DNA of 32,000 bases from NCBI RefSeq assembly GCF_014280195.1, contig NZ_CP047960.1, positions 1,530,001 to 1,562,000 on the forward strand, read 5' to 3'. Positions 7,897 to 17,725 of this stretch are shown here, one piece after another. The stretch comes from Synechococcus sp. A15-24. GTDB lineage: Bacteria; Cyanobacteriota; Cyanobacteriia; PCC-6307; Cyanobiaceae. The position numbers were made by a program, and so were the translations under genes. The notes under the pieces are model-generated. The model was not told the DNA's origin. It did not search any database and was given only the letters and a program-made list of their open reading frames with translations. Numbering within the stretch: position 1 is the stretch's first letter; every line of letters begins with the position of its first letter.

Positions 7897-8445
7897 ATGT
7901 CGACCCAGGACCTCGAAGCCAGCATGCGCAAGTCGGTGGAGGCCACCCAGCGCAACTTCAACACGATCCGCACCGGCCGGGCCAATTCCTCCCTGCTGGA
8001 TCGGATCAGCGTGGAGTACTACGGCGCCGAGACACCGCTGAAATCACTTGCCACGTTGTCGACCCCGGATTCCCAGACGATCCAGATCCAGCCGTTCGAC
8101 ATCAGTGCTTTGGCCTCAATTGAGAAGGCGATCGCCATGAGCGAACTGGGCTTCACCCCCAACAACGACGGCAAGATCATCCGCATCAACGTGCCGCCCC
8201 TCACCGAAGAACGGCGCAAGGAGTTCTGCAAGCTGGCGTCGAAGTACGCAGAAGAAGGCAAGGTGGCCCTGCGCAATCTGCGCCGCGACGCGATCGACAA
8301 GATCAAGAAGCAGGAAAAGGACGGCGACTTCTCAGAAGATCAGAGCCGTGATGAACAGGATGCCGTTCAAAAAACCCTCGACACGTTCATCGCCGAACTG
8401 GAAAAGCACCTGGCTGACAAGGAAGCCGACATCCTCAAGGTGTGA
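7897..8445 (+). CDS. frr: Ribosome recycling factor
   Basis: Canonical Frr sequence ([46 protein letters not shown]) in the conserved pyrH-frr pairing. Confidence 0.95.
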   Translation: MSTQDLEASMRKSVEATQRNFNTIRTGRANSSLLDRISVEYYGAETPLKSLATLSTPDSQTIQIQPFDISALASIEKAIAMSELGFTPNNDGKIIRINVPPLTEERRKEFCKLASKYAEEGKVALRNLRRDAIDKIKKQEKDGDFSEDQSRDEQDAVQKTLDTFIAELEKHLADKEADILKV

Positions 8446-9587
8446 GCAACGGATCGGAGCGGATCCATGATGCGCTGATCGTCGGGTCCGGTGCCGCGGG
8501 AGGTGCGGCAGCGTTTCATCTGGCGGCAGCGGGTCACGACGTGCTGGTGCTGGAGCGCGACGCCGAGCCGCGGATCAAACACTGCGGCGGTGGCATGGCC
8601 GCTTCGGTGCAGCAATGGTTCCCGTTTTCATTGGAACCGGCGGTGGAACAGGTGATCCGCCGGGTGGATTTCAGCTGGTGCCTGGAGGATCCGGTGGTCG
8701 CGGAACTGCCGGGGGATGCACCGTTCTGGATCGTGCGCCGCGAAAGGCTGGATCAATTGCTGGCGGATCAGGCGATGCTGGCTAGAGCCGAACGACGTGC
8801 CGGCGTTGCGGTGAACGGCATCAACCGCAACGGAGACGTGTGGGAGGTGACGGCAACGGATGGTCGCCGTTGGCAGACCAAGGCCGTGGTGATCGCCGAT
8901 GGGTCGGGGTCACCCTGGCCGCAACGACTTGGGCTAGGAGCCAAGAAACCACAAATGGCCTCCACGATGTCGGTACGACTGGAAGGCCAGGGCAATCTCG
9001 CGGATGGCAGCACCCGTTTTGAATTCGGCCTGGTGAAACAGGGCTTCGCCTGGGCGTTTCCGATTGCCGGTGGCGTGAACATCGGCGTGGGCAGCTTCAT
9101 CGGCAAGCAGGATGCCGATCCGGAGCAGGTGTTGGCGCAACTGCTGCCGGACCTTGGCTTCGCTGCTGATGCCGGCATGCGTCAACGGGGCCAACTGCGG
9201 GTTTGGAACGGCCATCACTGCCTTGATGGCGTAGGGATTGTGGTGGTGGGTGATGCTGCGTCACTGTGCGACCCCTTTCTGGCGGAGGGGCTGAGGCCTG
9301 CCCTGATGAGTGGCTGTGAAGCTGCCGCTCATCTGAACCAGTGGTTGCGTGGCGACCAGCCTGATCTGCGGGGCTACACCCAAAGCATGCGCGAGCGCTG
9401 GGGCGAATCGATGGCCTGGGGCCGGCGCATCGCCCAGGTGTTTTACCGATTCCCTGGTGTGGGCTATCAACTTGGCATCAAGCGCCCCACAGCCCCAAAG
9501 CGTATCGCCCAGATCCTCTCCGGCGAGATGGGTTACGGCGACATCGCCCAACGGGTGATCCGCAGGCTGTTGCTGCAACGCAACTAA
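8442..9587 (+). CDS. FAD-dependent oxidoreductase, geranylgeranyl-reductase-like family
   Basis: N-terminal Rossmann motif [30 protein letters not shown] and a late GDAA motif ([17 protein letters not shown]). The GTG start overlaps the frr stop (GTGA at 8442-8445). Confidence 0.8.
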   Translation: MSNGSERIHDALIVGSGAAGGAAAFHLAAAGHDVLVLERDAEPRIKHCGGGMAASVQQWFPFSLEPAVEQVIRRVDFSWCLEDPVVAELPGDAPFWIVRRERLDQLLADQAMLARAERRAGVAVNGINRNGDVWEVTATDGRRWQTKAVVIADGSGSPWPQRLGLGAKKPQMASTMSVRLEGQGNLADGSTRFEFGLVKQGFAWAFPIAGGVNIGVGSFIGKQDADPEQVLAQLLPDLGFAADAGMRQRGQLRVWNGHHCLDGVGIVVVGDAASLCDPFLAEGLRPALMSGCEAAAHLNQWLRGDQPDLRGYTQSMRERWGESMAWGRRIAQVFYRFPGVGYQLGIKRPTAPKRIAQILSGEMGYGDIAQRVIRRLLLQRN

Positions 9588-11059
9588 AGCTCAAGGCTGA
9601 GTTGTTGCACCCCGCCGTCAACGGAGCGCTTCTGTTGACGGCGACGGGTGGTGGGTTTGAGACCCGCTTTACGGGAGCCGTGCATGCGCTGAATAGCATC
9701 GGCATGGCGATCAAAACCGGCTGAGCGACGGATCGCCCAGATGCGGTCTTTGGCTTGCTGCATCGACACGGTGACGTCAACGATCGGTGCTGGCATGCCA
9801 CCCCCCAACATCCAGGGCTCATGGATGTGAATCGTGGGCACCTCCTTCAGTTCTGGGCACCACTGACGGATGAACACGCCCTCTGGGTCGTGGTCCATGC
9901 CCTGCTTGATCGGGTTGTAGATCCGAATCGTGTTGATCGACGTGCTGCCCGACTGCATCTGACACTGGCTCCAGTGAATCCCCGGCTCGTAATCGACAAA
10001 CTGGCGCGCCAAATGCAGGCCGCTGTCCCGCCAGGGCAGCCAGAGGTTGTAACTGGCGAAGGACATCAACATCGCCCGCATGCGGAAGTTGATCCAACCA
10101 TGGGCCCGCAGAGCGCGCATGCAGGCATCGACAAAAGGCACGCCAGTGCGGCCTTCGCTCCAGGCCCTCAAGCGCTCGGCATCCATCTCGCGAATGCCCC
10201 GCATGAACGGATGGAAATCGCTGAACTCAATCGCCGGCTGATCCTCCAGCTTCTGGATGAAGTGGCAGTGCCAGTGCAGCCGTGATACAAAACTGCTGAC
10301 GCCGCGGCCGCTGCATGTGCGGCTGGTCTGCAGCACCTCGCGCATCGAGAGGCAGCCCCAGGTGAGGTACGCCGACAGGCGCGAACAACCCGTGAATGCC
10401 GTGTTGGGACTCGACATCGCCCGTGGATAGCGCGGAGTCCGGTGCTGCAGAAAATCGCGCAACTCCCCCAGGCCGATCGACCGCCCACCGTTCTGCCGCT
10501 TCGGACACCCATCCGAAAGCAGGTCTGAACAGGGCCGCTCCGGAATCACGCTGGGATCAATGCCCTCCAAAGCGGGCAGGCCAGCAGGGGCTGGTGTGAT
10601 CGGCTCCGCCATCTGCGCCTCCCAGCGCTTGGCCCAGCCATTGCGGCTGCGCATCCGCCGCGTCACCCCGAATTGGGGAATTTCACGCCACTGAATGCCA
10701 TTCGCTTGCGCCCAGGCCCCCACGCGTTTGTCGCGCTGATACGTCCAGCCGTTGCCGGTTTCCTCATGGCTCCACAGCCCATCGATGCCGAACTGGCGTC
10801 GGGCCCGCTCCAGCACCCGCACAACATCACCTGAGCGCACCACCAACGGTTGGCCGAGGTCCGCCAGGGCCTGGCGCAACTCCAGCAGCGACTCACGGCA
10901 AAACAACCACTGCCGCTCGGAAGCATCGGGCTGCTGCCACAGTTCCGGCTCCACCACATAGAGCGGAAGCACAGGCCCATGGGCTGCCGCTTCCAGCAAG
11001 GGTCGGTGGTCATCGACCCGCAGATCGCGCTTAAACCAGACGATCTGCGGAGACGACAA
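9584..11059 (-). CDS. Cryptochrome/photolyase-family (CPF) flavoprotein, atypical subclass
   Basis: Photolyase N-terminus IVWFKRDLRVDDHRPL. FAD-domain blocks CSRLSAYLTWG, WINFRMRAMLMSFASYNLWLPW, IYNPIKQGMDHDPEG and FIRQWCPEL..IHEPW. LHWHCHFIQKL stands where class I enzymes have the WREF block. Basic tail KPTTRRRQQKR. Confidence 0.9.
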   Translation of the reverse strand: MSSPQIVWFKRDLRVDDHRPLLEAAAHGPVLPLYVVEPELWQQPDASERQWLFCRESLLELRQALADLGQPLVVRSGDVVRVLERARRQFGIDGLWSHEETGNGWTYQRDKRVGAWAQANGIQWREIPQFGVTRRMRSRNGWAKRWEAQMAEPITPAPAGLPALEGIDPSVIPERPCSDLLSDGCPKRQNGGRSIGLGELRDFLQHRTPRYPRAMSSPNTAFTGCSRLSAYLTWGCLSMREVLQTSRTCSGRGVSSFVSRLHWHCHFIQKLEDQPAIEFSDFHPFMRGIREMDAERLRAWSEGRTGVPFVDACMRALRAHGWINFRMRAMLMSFASYNLWLPWRDSGLHLARQFVDYEPGIHWSQCQMQSGSTSINTIRIYNPIKQGMDHDPEGVFIRQWCPELKEVPTIHIHEPWMLGGGMPAPIVDVTVSMQQAKDRIWAIRRSAGFDRHADAIQRMHGSRKAGLKPTTRRRQQKRSVDGGVQQLSLEL

Positions 11060-11068
11060 CGGGGATGA

Positions 11069-11452
11069 TCAATTCACACCCATTTTGATGTCGCGCAGGC
11101 GCTCATCGATGGAGGCCAGCAGTTCGATGGCGAACATCGGTGCTTCCTGAACCGCGAACAGGAATTTCTCCCTGGTCATCTCGATCAGGCGGCAGTTTTC
11201 AAGTGCCGTCGCGGTGCCGAGACGTTGATGGTCACCCATCACCAGCGCCCCGGCCCCGAACACGTGTCCAACTGGGATGTCCTCATGGCCCTGATTCCCT
11301 GCACCATCTGTCCAGGAGAGTCGAACCGACCCCTCGACAATTCCGTACATCGTGGAACCTGAATCACCGGTGTTGAACAGAACATCACCGCTGTTCAGAG
11401 ACAACACTTCGCTTTTGCTGGCAAGAGCGCGCATCGTGTCAAGGGCGTGCAT
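11069..11452 (-). CDS. Stand-alone cyclic-nucleotide-binding (CAP effector-type) domain protein, no output domain
   Basis: 127 aa with the cNMP-barrel pattern LNSGDVLFNTGDSGSTMYGIVEGSVRL...GHVFGAGALV...RLGTATALENCRLIEMTREKF. There is no HTH region. Its stop is 9 nt upstream of the CPF gene start. Confidence 0.8.
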   Translation of the reverse strand: MHALDTMRALASKSEVLSLNSGDVLFNTGDSGSTMYGIVEGSVRLSWTDGAGNQGHEDIPVGHVFGAGALVMGDHQRLGTATALENCRLIEMTREKFLFAVQEAPMFAIELLASIDERLRDIKMGVN

Positions 11453-11531
11453 CGATTTGAATCCAGACCTTCAAAGTGTGGGGATTGAAATTCAAAAGGA
11501 GGTAAAGGCCACTCAATTCATCCCCAACGGA

Positions 11532-12704
11532 TCAAGCCGTGGTCAGGGTCAGTGCTGCACCGAATCCCTTCCGCACCTCTTCAGGGGTCAGACGACCGTC
11601 ATGGTCGAGATCAAGGGCATCGAAAACGGCATCACTGCCCAGCCACTCATCGCGGGTGATGCATCCGTCGCCGTTCATGTCATTGAGCATGAAAATCTCC
11701 TGAACCGCATGACGGAAGGCTTCACCACCTTCGAGTTCGGCAAGTCGATGCGCCAATTGATGCTCAAGGGTTTCAATCGCTTTGCTGAAGCCTTTAATGC
11801 CTTCGCCGAGCTTGTCCGTCGCCATCCGATCCTCCGCCATCATGGCGTCGAAGCGTTCGCGATCCACATGGATTTGTTCTTCCCCACCAATGGGATTATT
11901 CGCGTCCAATTTCTGGCTTAAGGCTGCATCGCTCTCGCGCAGCTGATCCAGCAACTTGGGTGAAATGGTCAACAGATCGCAGCCTGCCAATTCCGTGATC
12001 TCATCGAGATTGCGGAAGCTGGCACCCATCACTTCAGTGTTGTAGCCATATGTCTTGTAGTAATTAAAGATCCGGGTCACCGAGATCACGCCGGGGTCTT
12101 CGGGGCCGGGATAGGAGTCACGACCCGTATCAGCCTTATACCAATCGAGGATGCGGCCCACGAAGGGAGAAATCAGGGTCACACTAGCTTCAGCACAGGC
12201 CACGGCCTGACCGAAACCGAATAACAGGGTGAGGTTGCAGTGGATCCCTTCTTTTTCCAGCACTTCAGCCGCCTTGATGCCCTCCCAGGTGGACGCGATC
12301 TTGATCAGAACGCGGTCATTGCTGATGCCCGCGTCGTTATACAGGCGGATCAGCTTGCGACCCTTCTCGATCGTGGCGTCGGTGTCGTAGCTCAAGCGTG
12401 CATCGACTTCGGTGGACACACGGCGGGGAACAATCTTGAGGATTTCCTTACCGAAAATCACACTGATTTCATCCAGGGCTTCATGCACAACGTCCTCAAC
12501 AGGAGCGTCATCACCGATGAGCTTGCGTGAGGAGCGCAACGCCTCATCAATCAGACTTTGATAAGCAGGGATTTGTGCAGCTGCCAGGATCAATGACGGG
12601 TTGGTTGTGGCGTCACGGGGCGTGAACTTACGGATTGCCTCGAGATCACCGGTATCCGCTACCACGACGGTCATCGCAGAGAGCTGGTCGAGCAGGGTTG
12701 CCAT
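11532..12704 (-). CDS. tal: Transaldolase with a C-terminal pair of EF-hands
   Basis: [50 protein letters not shown] and NLTLLF. The C-terminus has [12 protein letters not shown] and [12 protein letters not shown], both matching the 12-residue EF-hand loop. ATG at 12704 is preferred over the track start at 12731. Confidence 0.95.
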   Translation of the reverse strand: MATLLDQLSAMTVVVADTGDLEAIRKFTPRDATTNPSLILAAAQIPAYQSLIDEALRSSRKLIGDDAPVEDVVHEALDEISVIFGKEILKIVPRRVSTEVDARLSYDTDATIEKGRKLIRLYNDAGISNDRVLIKIASTWEGIKAAEVLEKEGIHCNLTLLFGFGQAVACAEASVTLISPFVGRILDWYKADTGRDSYPGPEDPGVISVTRIFNYYKTYGYNTEVMGASFRNLDEITELAGCDLLTISPKLLDQLRESDAALSQKLDANNPIGGEEQIHVDRERFDAMMAEDRMATDKLGEGIKGFSKAIETLEHQLAHRLAELEGGEAFRHAVQEIFMLNDMNGDGCITRDEWLGSDAVFDALDLDHDGRLTPEEVRKGFGAALTLTTA

Positions 12705-12718
12705 GGCGTAGATGTGGC

Positions 12719-12735
12719 ACGTTTGTTGCAAACGT
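12719..12735 (-). promoter_or_regulatory. Short perfect hairpin between the ftsI stop and the tal start
   Basis: ACGTTTG-TTG-CAAACGT: a 7-bp stem with a 3-nt loop, 19 nt after the ftsI stop and 14 nt before the tal ATG. No U-run follows, so the function (terminator, processing site or UTR structure) is unknown. Confidence 0.3.
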
Positions 12736-12754
12736 AGCTGCGATTTCAGACCCG

Positions 12755-14554
12755 TCAGCTCGTCATCGCCTTGTTCAATTCTGCAGGTTTCGATGGGCTG
12801 ATCTTCTCCACGATCAGCAGGGCATCGATGATCTGCTTCGCCACCGGAACAGCCACCGTGGAGCCATAGGCGTGGGCTCCCTGGGGCTCATCGACCACCA
12901 CCAGAACCACGTATCGCGGATCCTCAACAGGCAGGGTCGCCACAAAGCTGCAGATCTTGGCCCCAGGCAGATAAATCCCATTGAGGGCTTTCTGAGCCGT
13001 CCCTGTTTTGCCACCGATGCGGTATCCGGGTGTCTTCACCCCCTTGCCGCTGCCCTTGTCCACGACGGATTCCATCCAGGCCATCACCGTGCGGGTCACC
13101 TCAGGCTTCAGCAGGGGCTGACCGCCGGGTTCTGCCGCAGGCGCGAGAGTATCGCCGGAGCGAAACCCACGGGTGATGTGAGGACTCACCAGACGACCAC
13201 CGTTGGCCAGGACCCCATGCAGCTGGACCAATTTCAACGGGGTGAGTGAGAACCCCTGACCGAAGGCTGTGGTAGCCGGCTCAATCGGATGGGTGATGAA
13301 CTGCTCCTTTGTCTTGAGCTGACCGGCCACAGCCCCAGGAAGATCGGTGTCCGGGCGCCGATCAATCCCAAGACGATTCATCCAGTCCCAGAAGGTTTTG
13401 TTGTCCAGACGTCGCATCGCCTGAACCATCCCGACGTTGCTGGACACCTGCAGAACCGTGGCGAAATCCACCAGACCGTGGGCTTCCTTGTCGTGGTTGT
13501 TGATCGGCCAACCGCCGATGGTGAGCTGACCGACGTCATTCACACGGTCGGTGGGACTGATCGCTTTTTCCTGAAGCGCCAGAGCCAGATTGATCGGTTT
13601 GAAGGTGGATCCTGGTTCATAGAGATCCTGCACGGACCACTCACGGAATCGTGCCGGTGAAAAGCGCCAGTAGCGATTGGGGTCGTAGGTCGGTGTTGAC
13701 GCCAGCACCAGCAGTTCACCATTGGTGGCATCCATGACGATGGCGGCCCCCTTCTTGGCCTTCCACTTGGCGACCTGGGCCGCCAGTGCCTGGACAGCGA
13801 GCTCCTGAAGCCGGGCATCGAGGGTGAGCTGCAAGCGCAGGTCATCGCCATAGAACGCCCCAGGGGCCAGATCATCGGGAAGTGGTGTGCCGTCGGCACC
13901 GCGGCGCAGACGCCTGGACTGCTCATGCCTCAGCAGTTCAGCGTTCCTGCTCTGCTCAAGGCCCGCCTGGGGAACACGCTCGTCGTTGAGGAAACCGACG
14001 ACGTTGGCGAAGAGATCCCCCTGGGGATAGACCCGCTGGGGATAGGCCTCCAAATCCAAGCCGCTGATGCCCAGGGAACGGATCCGTTGAGCCGTCTCCG
14101 GATCCAGGCCTTCCGCCAGCTTGACCCCGGAGCGCCTCCGGCCAAGCTGCTTCAGCAGCTGCGGAGCCGGTTGTGCCAAGGGTGTAGCAAGCAGGTCCAC
14201 CACATCTTCAGGCGGCCGAACCAGGCCGGGGTCATCACCAGGAAGGTTGAAGTAACGCGGGTGGGCCCAGAGCCGAAAGCGGACTTCGTCCATCGCCACC
14301 AGTCGACCATTGCGATCGACGATCGGGCGGCGTTGCCCCAATGTTGCGCTGGTCTGGGTCTGGAGGCGACGGGCTCTGGACTCGAGCTCACCCGTCTGGA
14401 CCACCTGCAGCCAAGCCATCCGCCCAACCAGACCGACAAGGCCGGTGCACAGGATCAGAAAAACAATCCACAGCCGCCTGGTGGGAACCTTGGCCAGGGG
14501 GACGACACGGGTGCGCAGCCGTTTCCGGGACGGGGGAGGAACGGTCCGGGTCAT
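12755..14554 (-). CDS. ftsI: Class B penicillin-binding protein / peptidoglycan D,D-transpeptidase (FtsI-type)
   Basis: N-terminal TM anchor, then the transpeptidase motifs STFKP, SSN and KTGTA in the correct order. It is preceded by an FtsL-like gene. Confidence 0.9.
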   Translation of the reverse strand: MTRTVPPPSRKRLRTRVVPLAKVPTRRLWIVFLILCTGLVGLVGRMAWLQVVQTGELESRARRLQTQTSATLGQRRPIVDRNGRLVAMDEVRFRLWAHPRYFNLPGDDPGLVRPPEDVVDLLATPLAQPAPQLLKQLGRRRSGVKLAEGLDPETAQRIRSLGISGLDLEAYPQRVYPQGDLFANVVGFLNDERVPQAGLEQSRNAELLRHEQSRRLRRGADGTPLPDDLAPGAFYGDDLRLQLTLDARLQELAVQALAAQVAKWKAKKGAAIVMDATNGELLVLASTPTYDPNRYWRFSPARFREWSVQDLYEPGSTFKPINLALALQEKAISPTDRVNDVGQLTIGGWPINNHDKEAHGLVDFATVLQVSSNVGMVQAMRRLDNKTFWDWMNRLGIDRRPDTDLPGAVAGQLKTKEQFITHPIEPATTAFGQGFSLTPLKLVQLHGVLANGGRLVSPHITRGFRSGDTLAPAAEPGGQPLLKPEVTRTVMAWMESVVDKGSGKGVKTPGYRIGGKTGTAQKALNGIYLPGAKICSFVATLPVEDPRYVVLVVVDEPQGAHAYGSTVAVPVAKQIIDALLIVEKISPSKPAELNKAMTS

Positions 14555-15045
14555 CAGTAGCCGGGGCGGATCCGCCGTTGCGTCAGTTGCTCCAGGGAAT
14601 GCAACAGATCGGGTCGTGGTGAAGCCGAAGCGGGAATGGTGGCTGGCTGCTCGAGATGAACGAGGTTGACCACCTTGGTTGGGACCAGGTCTTCAGGTCG
14701 GCTGGTGCCTTGGAGCAGATGCTGCTCAAGAACAGCTGTGGACTCCGTCAGGCGATGGGCCAGCAGTCTTGTGGCATCCAAGCGCTGAAAGGCCACGGTC
14801 CAACGGTGCTGCCAGTGCAGGGTGAGACCCGCCAGAACGGCAAGGGCGGCAAACACCCCGAGCAGACTGCCATCGGCGACACGATGCAGTCCCCCAATTA
14901 AAGGAGACCGCCGTGCAATCCGGCCGGAAGACAGCGAGCCCTGGATCAGCCCCAGAGCTGTCGTCGAAGAACGCTGTTCCGGAGCGGCGACCAGCGGAGT
15001 TGCAGGCGGATGTGCCAGTGAACCACTCGCACCTGGCCACTGCAA
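14554..15045 (-). CDS. Single-pass membrane protein in the FtsL position (putative divisome component)
   Basis: One TM (LLGVFAALAVLAGLTL) followed by a helical region. Its stop overlaps the ftsI start by 1 nt (TGATG). The only start codon in the ORF is TTG at 15045, and there is no internal Met. The functional call rests on position only. Confidence 0.5.
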   Translation of the reverse strand: MQWPGASGSLAHPPATPLVAAPEQRSSTTALGLIQGSLSSGRIARRSPLIGGLHRVADGSLLGVFAALAVLAGLTLHWQHRWTVAFQRLDATRLLAHRLTESTAVLEQHLLQGTSRPEDLVPTKVVNLVHLEQPATIPASASPRPDLLHSLEQLTQRRIRPGY

Positions 15046-15048
15046 GGC

Positions 15049-16317
15049 TCACAACAGAAGCAGATTCACGAATGTGACCGCATTCCAGAGGGCATGCATC
15101 AACACGCAGGGAAACAGGCGTCCACTCGATAAACGCACCAGAGCGAGCCCAATTCCCAGCACGGTGAGCGGGGCCAGTTCACCGATGCTGATGTGTGCCA
15201 TTCCGAACAGCAGACCGCTGAGCACCACACCCGACACCGAACCGGTCCGACGGGCCAGCACCGGCAGCAGCGTGCCGCGGAAGATCACTTCTTCGAACAA
15301 AGGAGCCAGCACCACCGCCGTTAACGCCAGCAGGGACAAGGCCAGCGGATCTCGACTCTCCAGCACCAGCTCCAATAAAGGGTTGCTTCCCCCGGGATCT
15401 CCGAACAGCCGCACCAGCAACCAGCCGGTGAGCACGACGATGGGGGTGACTTTGAACCAGCCGGCCAGAGCGGTGAAGAAGGCTCCTGGCAGCGGCCGCC
15501 ACCGCCACTGCAGCCAACCCCCTTCCGGCGTGATGTCTTTGGGAAGGCTGGCCAGCTGACGACGCAGGATCAACAGGCTGGGCAAGGCCATCACGCTGTA
15601 GTTGATGACTACGCCCACCGCTTCCCGGCGAGGACTATCCAATCCAGCCGTCAGCCTGGAGACCAGTGGCAGGGCCAGCAGCGGAACACCGACGGCACTG
15701 ATCACGACAAACCCACCGGCCACCAGCAGCGCCATGTCCAGGAGGGTGAGAGTCGGGCCCTTGAGATCCGGCCAGCTCTCACGGCGACCACGCCAGAGAC
15801 GCCAGCCCTGACCCAGCAGCAGAGCCGAACCAGTTATGGCTGTGACCAGCGGCAGCAGGGCACTCACGGACAAACGAACGGCCGCGGATCGCGCCACGGC
15901 CGGGTTGATGCAGTCGCCAGGGGTGCCACCACGGGCTTCACAAAGCAGTCGATCCAGCAGCGGATCGTCTGCCGCATTGATCTCCGGCACCGTCGCCACC
16001 ACGTTCTGCAGCAGGTCCAACAGCTGGGCCTGACGCCAGGAACGATCAGCGGCTGGGATTTGCTCCAGGGACCCCTTGAGCATGGATCGCGGGTTCTCGC
16101 CCCCCCGTAAGACAGAACCCAACGTGTCCGGCAGAGCCGGTTCGGCCAACAGCTGAACTTCCTGCTGCTGAAGATTCAGACTCGGCGCCACGGAAGGCCT
16201 TGAGAGGCTGTTCACAAGACCCGACGTCCAGATCAAGGCAGCCGCCAGCAGGGATAGGGCCCCAAGCAGATTTTTCCAAGGCGGAACAGGGGCCTGGCGA
16301 TGGGAGCTAGGGGACAC
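15049..16317 (-). CDS. CPBP-family (CAAX/Abi-type) intramembrane metalloprotease with a long N-terminal membrane region
   Basis: C-terminal motifs EEVIFRG, FGMAHIS and HALWN in the CPBP order, with multiple TM segments. The track start at 16479 would overlap the divergent gene at 16394. GTG at 16317 is suggested. Confidence 0.85.
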   Translation of the reverse strand: MSPSSHRQAPVPPWKNLLGALSLLAAALIWTSGLVNSLSRPSVAPSLNLQQQEVQLLAEPALPDTLGSVLRGGENPRSMLKGSLEQIPAADRSWRQAQLLDLLQNVVATVPEINAADDPLLDRLLCEARGGTPGDCINPAVARSAAVRLSVSALLPLVTAITGSALLLGQGWRLWRGRRESWPDLKGPTLTLLDMALLVAGGFVVISAVGVPLLALPLVSRLTAGLDSPRREAVGVVINYSVMALPSLLILRRQLASLPKDITPEGGWLQWRWRPLPGAFFTALAGWFKVTPIVVLTGWLLVRLFGDPGGSNPLLELVLESRDPLALSLLALTAVVLAPLFEEVIFRGTLLPVLARRTGSVSGVVLSGLLFGMAHISIGELAPLTVLGIGLALVRLSSGRLFPCVLMHALWNAVTFVNLLLL

Positions 16318-16393
16318 CAGGTGGGCTCGACTACACCCGATTGTCCCTCTGAAGGGCTTGCCCCATACGATGGCCGCGCCTTGACGCTGAACG

Positions 16394-17722
16394 GTGACCC
16401 TCCGCCTACTCCTGGTCCGCCACGGTCTGAGCAGCTTCAACAAGGAACGTCGCATCCAGGGTCGCGACGACCTGTCCAATTTGAGCGACGAGGGACACGA
16501 CCAGGCCCGCCGCCTCGGCGCCAGCCTGACGGAGGTTCCCTTCGACGCGATCTACAGCTCCCCCCTGCAACGGGCGGCATCCACCACGGCCTCGCTGCTT
16601 GAGGGACGCGGCGGCTCGGCACCGACACCGGAGTTCGATGACGGTCTGCTGGAGGTGGACTTGGAGCCCTGGTCGGGGATGAGCATCGATGAGCTCACGG
16701 AACGCCACCCCGTGGATTTCGCCACCTGGAAGCGCCAGCCACTGGAACTGGAACTGCAGCGACGGGACGGCAGCGGCTATCGCCCGCTGGTGGAGCTGAT
16801 GGATCAGGCCCGCAGCTTCGTGGACGGCCTGACCCAACGCCACCCGGTTGACCAGGACGGCACGGTGCTCGTGGTGGCCCACAACGCCATCCTCCGTTGC
16901 CTGATGCTCACCCTGCTCGGAGAACCCGAGCAGGGATTCCGACGACTCAGGGTCGACAACACCTCGCTGTCAATCTTCAACCTGAGGCCTGGAGTCGATC
17001 AGCCGCAGGTGCAGATCGAGTGCCTCAACAGCACCACCCATCTGCAGCCTCTGCCTGAAAGGGGGAAGGGTGCTCGATTGATTTTGGTGCGTCACGGCGA
17101 GACCGACTGGAACAAGGCGGGGCGTTTTCAGGGACAGATCGACATTCCCCTCAATGACCATGGCCGCAGCCAGGCAGCCGCCGCACGCGACTTCCTCAAG
17201 GATGTGTCCATCGATCGTGCCTGGAGCAGCACCCTCTCCCGGCCGACCGAAACCGCCGAGATCATCCTCGAAGCCCATTCCGGGGTGCCCCTTAAGCAGA
17301 TCGATGGCCTCGTGGAAATCGGCCATGGACTCTGGGAAGGCAAGCTCGAATCCGAGATCCGGGAGGGATGGTCCGACCTGCTGGAAACCTGGAAGCGTGC
17401 TCCTGAAACGGTTCAGATGCCGGAAGGCGAGACGATTCAAGATGTCTGGGCCCGCTCCGTCACCAGCTGGCAGGAGATCGCCAAAGGGCTGAAACCCGAG
17501 GAGACCGCCCTCGTTGTGGCTCACGATGCCGTCAACAAGACCATCCTTTGCGATCTGCTCGGCCTCACTCCTGCGGACATCTGGGCGGTGAAGCAGGGCA
17601 ACAGCGGGGTCACCGTGGTCGACATCACTCCGGATCCGAGCCAGCCTGAAGTGGTGACCTGTCTCAACCTCACGTCCCACTTCGGGAGCGTGATCGATCG
17701 GACCGCCGCGGGCGCCCTCTGA
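16394..17722 (+). CDS. Two-domain histidine phosphatase (phosphoglycerate mutase superfamily, tandem duplication)
   Basis: Two complete RHG..H modules: LLLVRHGLSSFN...VVAHNAILRCL and LILVRHGETDWNKAGRFQG...VVAHDAVNKTIL. GTG start. Confidence 0.85.
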   Translation: MTLRLLLVRHGLSSFNKERRIQGRDDLSNLSDEGHDQARRLGASLTEVPFDAIYSSPLQRAASTTASLLEGRGGSAPTPEFDDGLLEVDLEPWSGMSIDELTERHPVDFATWKRQPLELELQRRDGSGYRPLVELMDQARSFVDGLTQRHPVDQDGTVLVVAHNAILRCLMLTLLGEPEQGFRRLRVDNTSLSIFNLRPGVDQPQVQIECLNSTTHLQPLPERGKGARLILVRHGETDWNKAGRFQGQIDIPLNDHGRSQAAAARDFLKDVSIDRAWSSTLSRPTETAEIILEAHSGVPLKQIDGLVEIGHGLWEGKLESEIREGWSDLLETWKRAPETVQMPEGETIQDVWARSVTSWQEIAKGLKPEETALVVAHDAVNKTILCDLLGLTPADIWAVKQGNSGVTVVDITPDPSQPEVVTCLNLTSHFGSVIDRTAAGAL

Positions 17723-17725
17723 CCC

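Noticed and set aside
8128-8135. HIP1 palindrome GCGATCGC (also at 18629-18636 and 19799-19806)
   Set aside because: My by-eye, non-exhaustive scan found three exact copies in 32 kb, against about one expected by base composition. That is not meaningful enrichment, and all three lie inside coding sequence.
11352-11921. 189-aa + strand ORF with fairly normal composition, preceded by a strong SD-like AAGGAGGT at 11496-11503
   Set aside because: It lies antisense to the tal EF-hand region and to the cNMP gene 5' end. No ATG/GTG/TTG lies within a usable distance downstream of the SD-like motif. The normal-looking composition is explained by the lower GC of tal.
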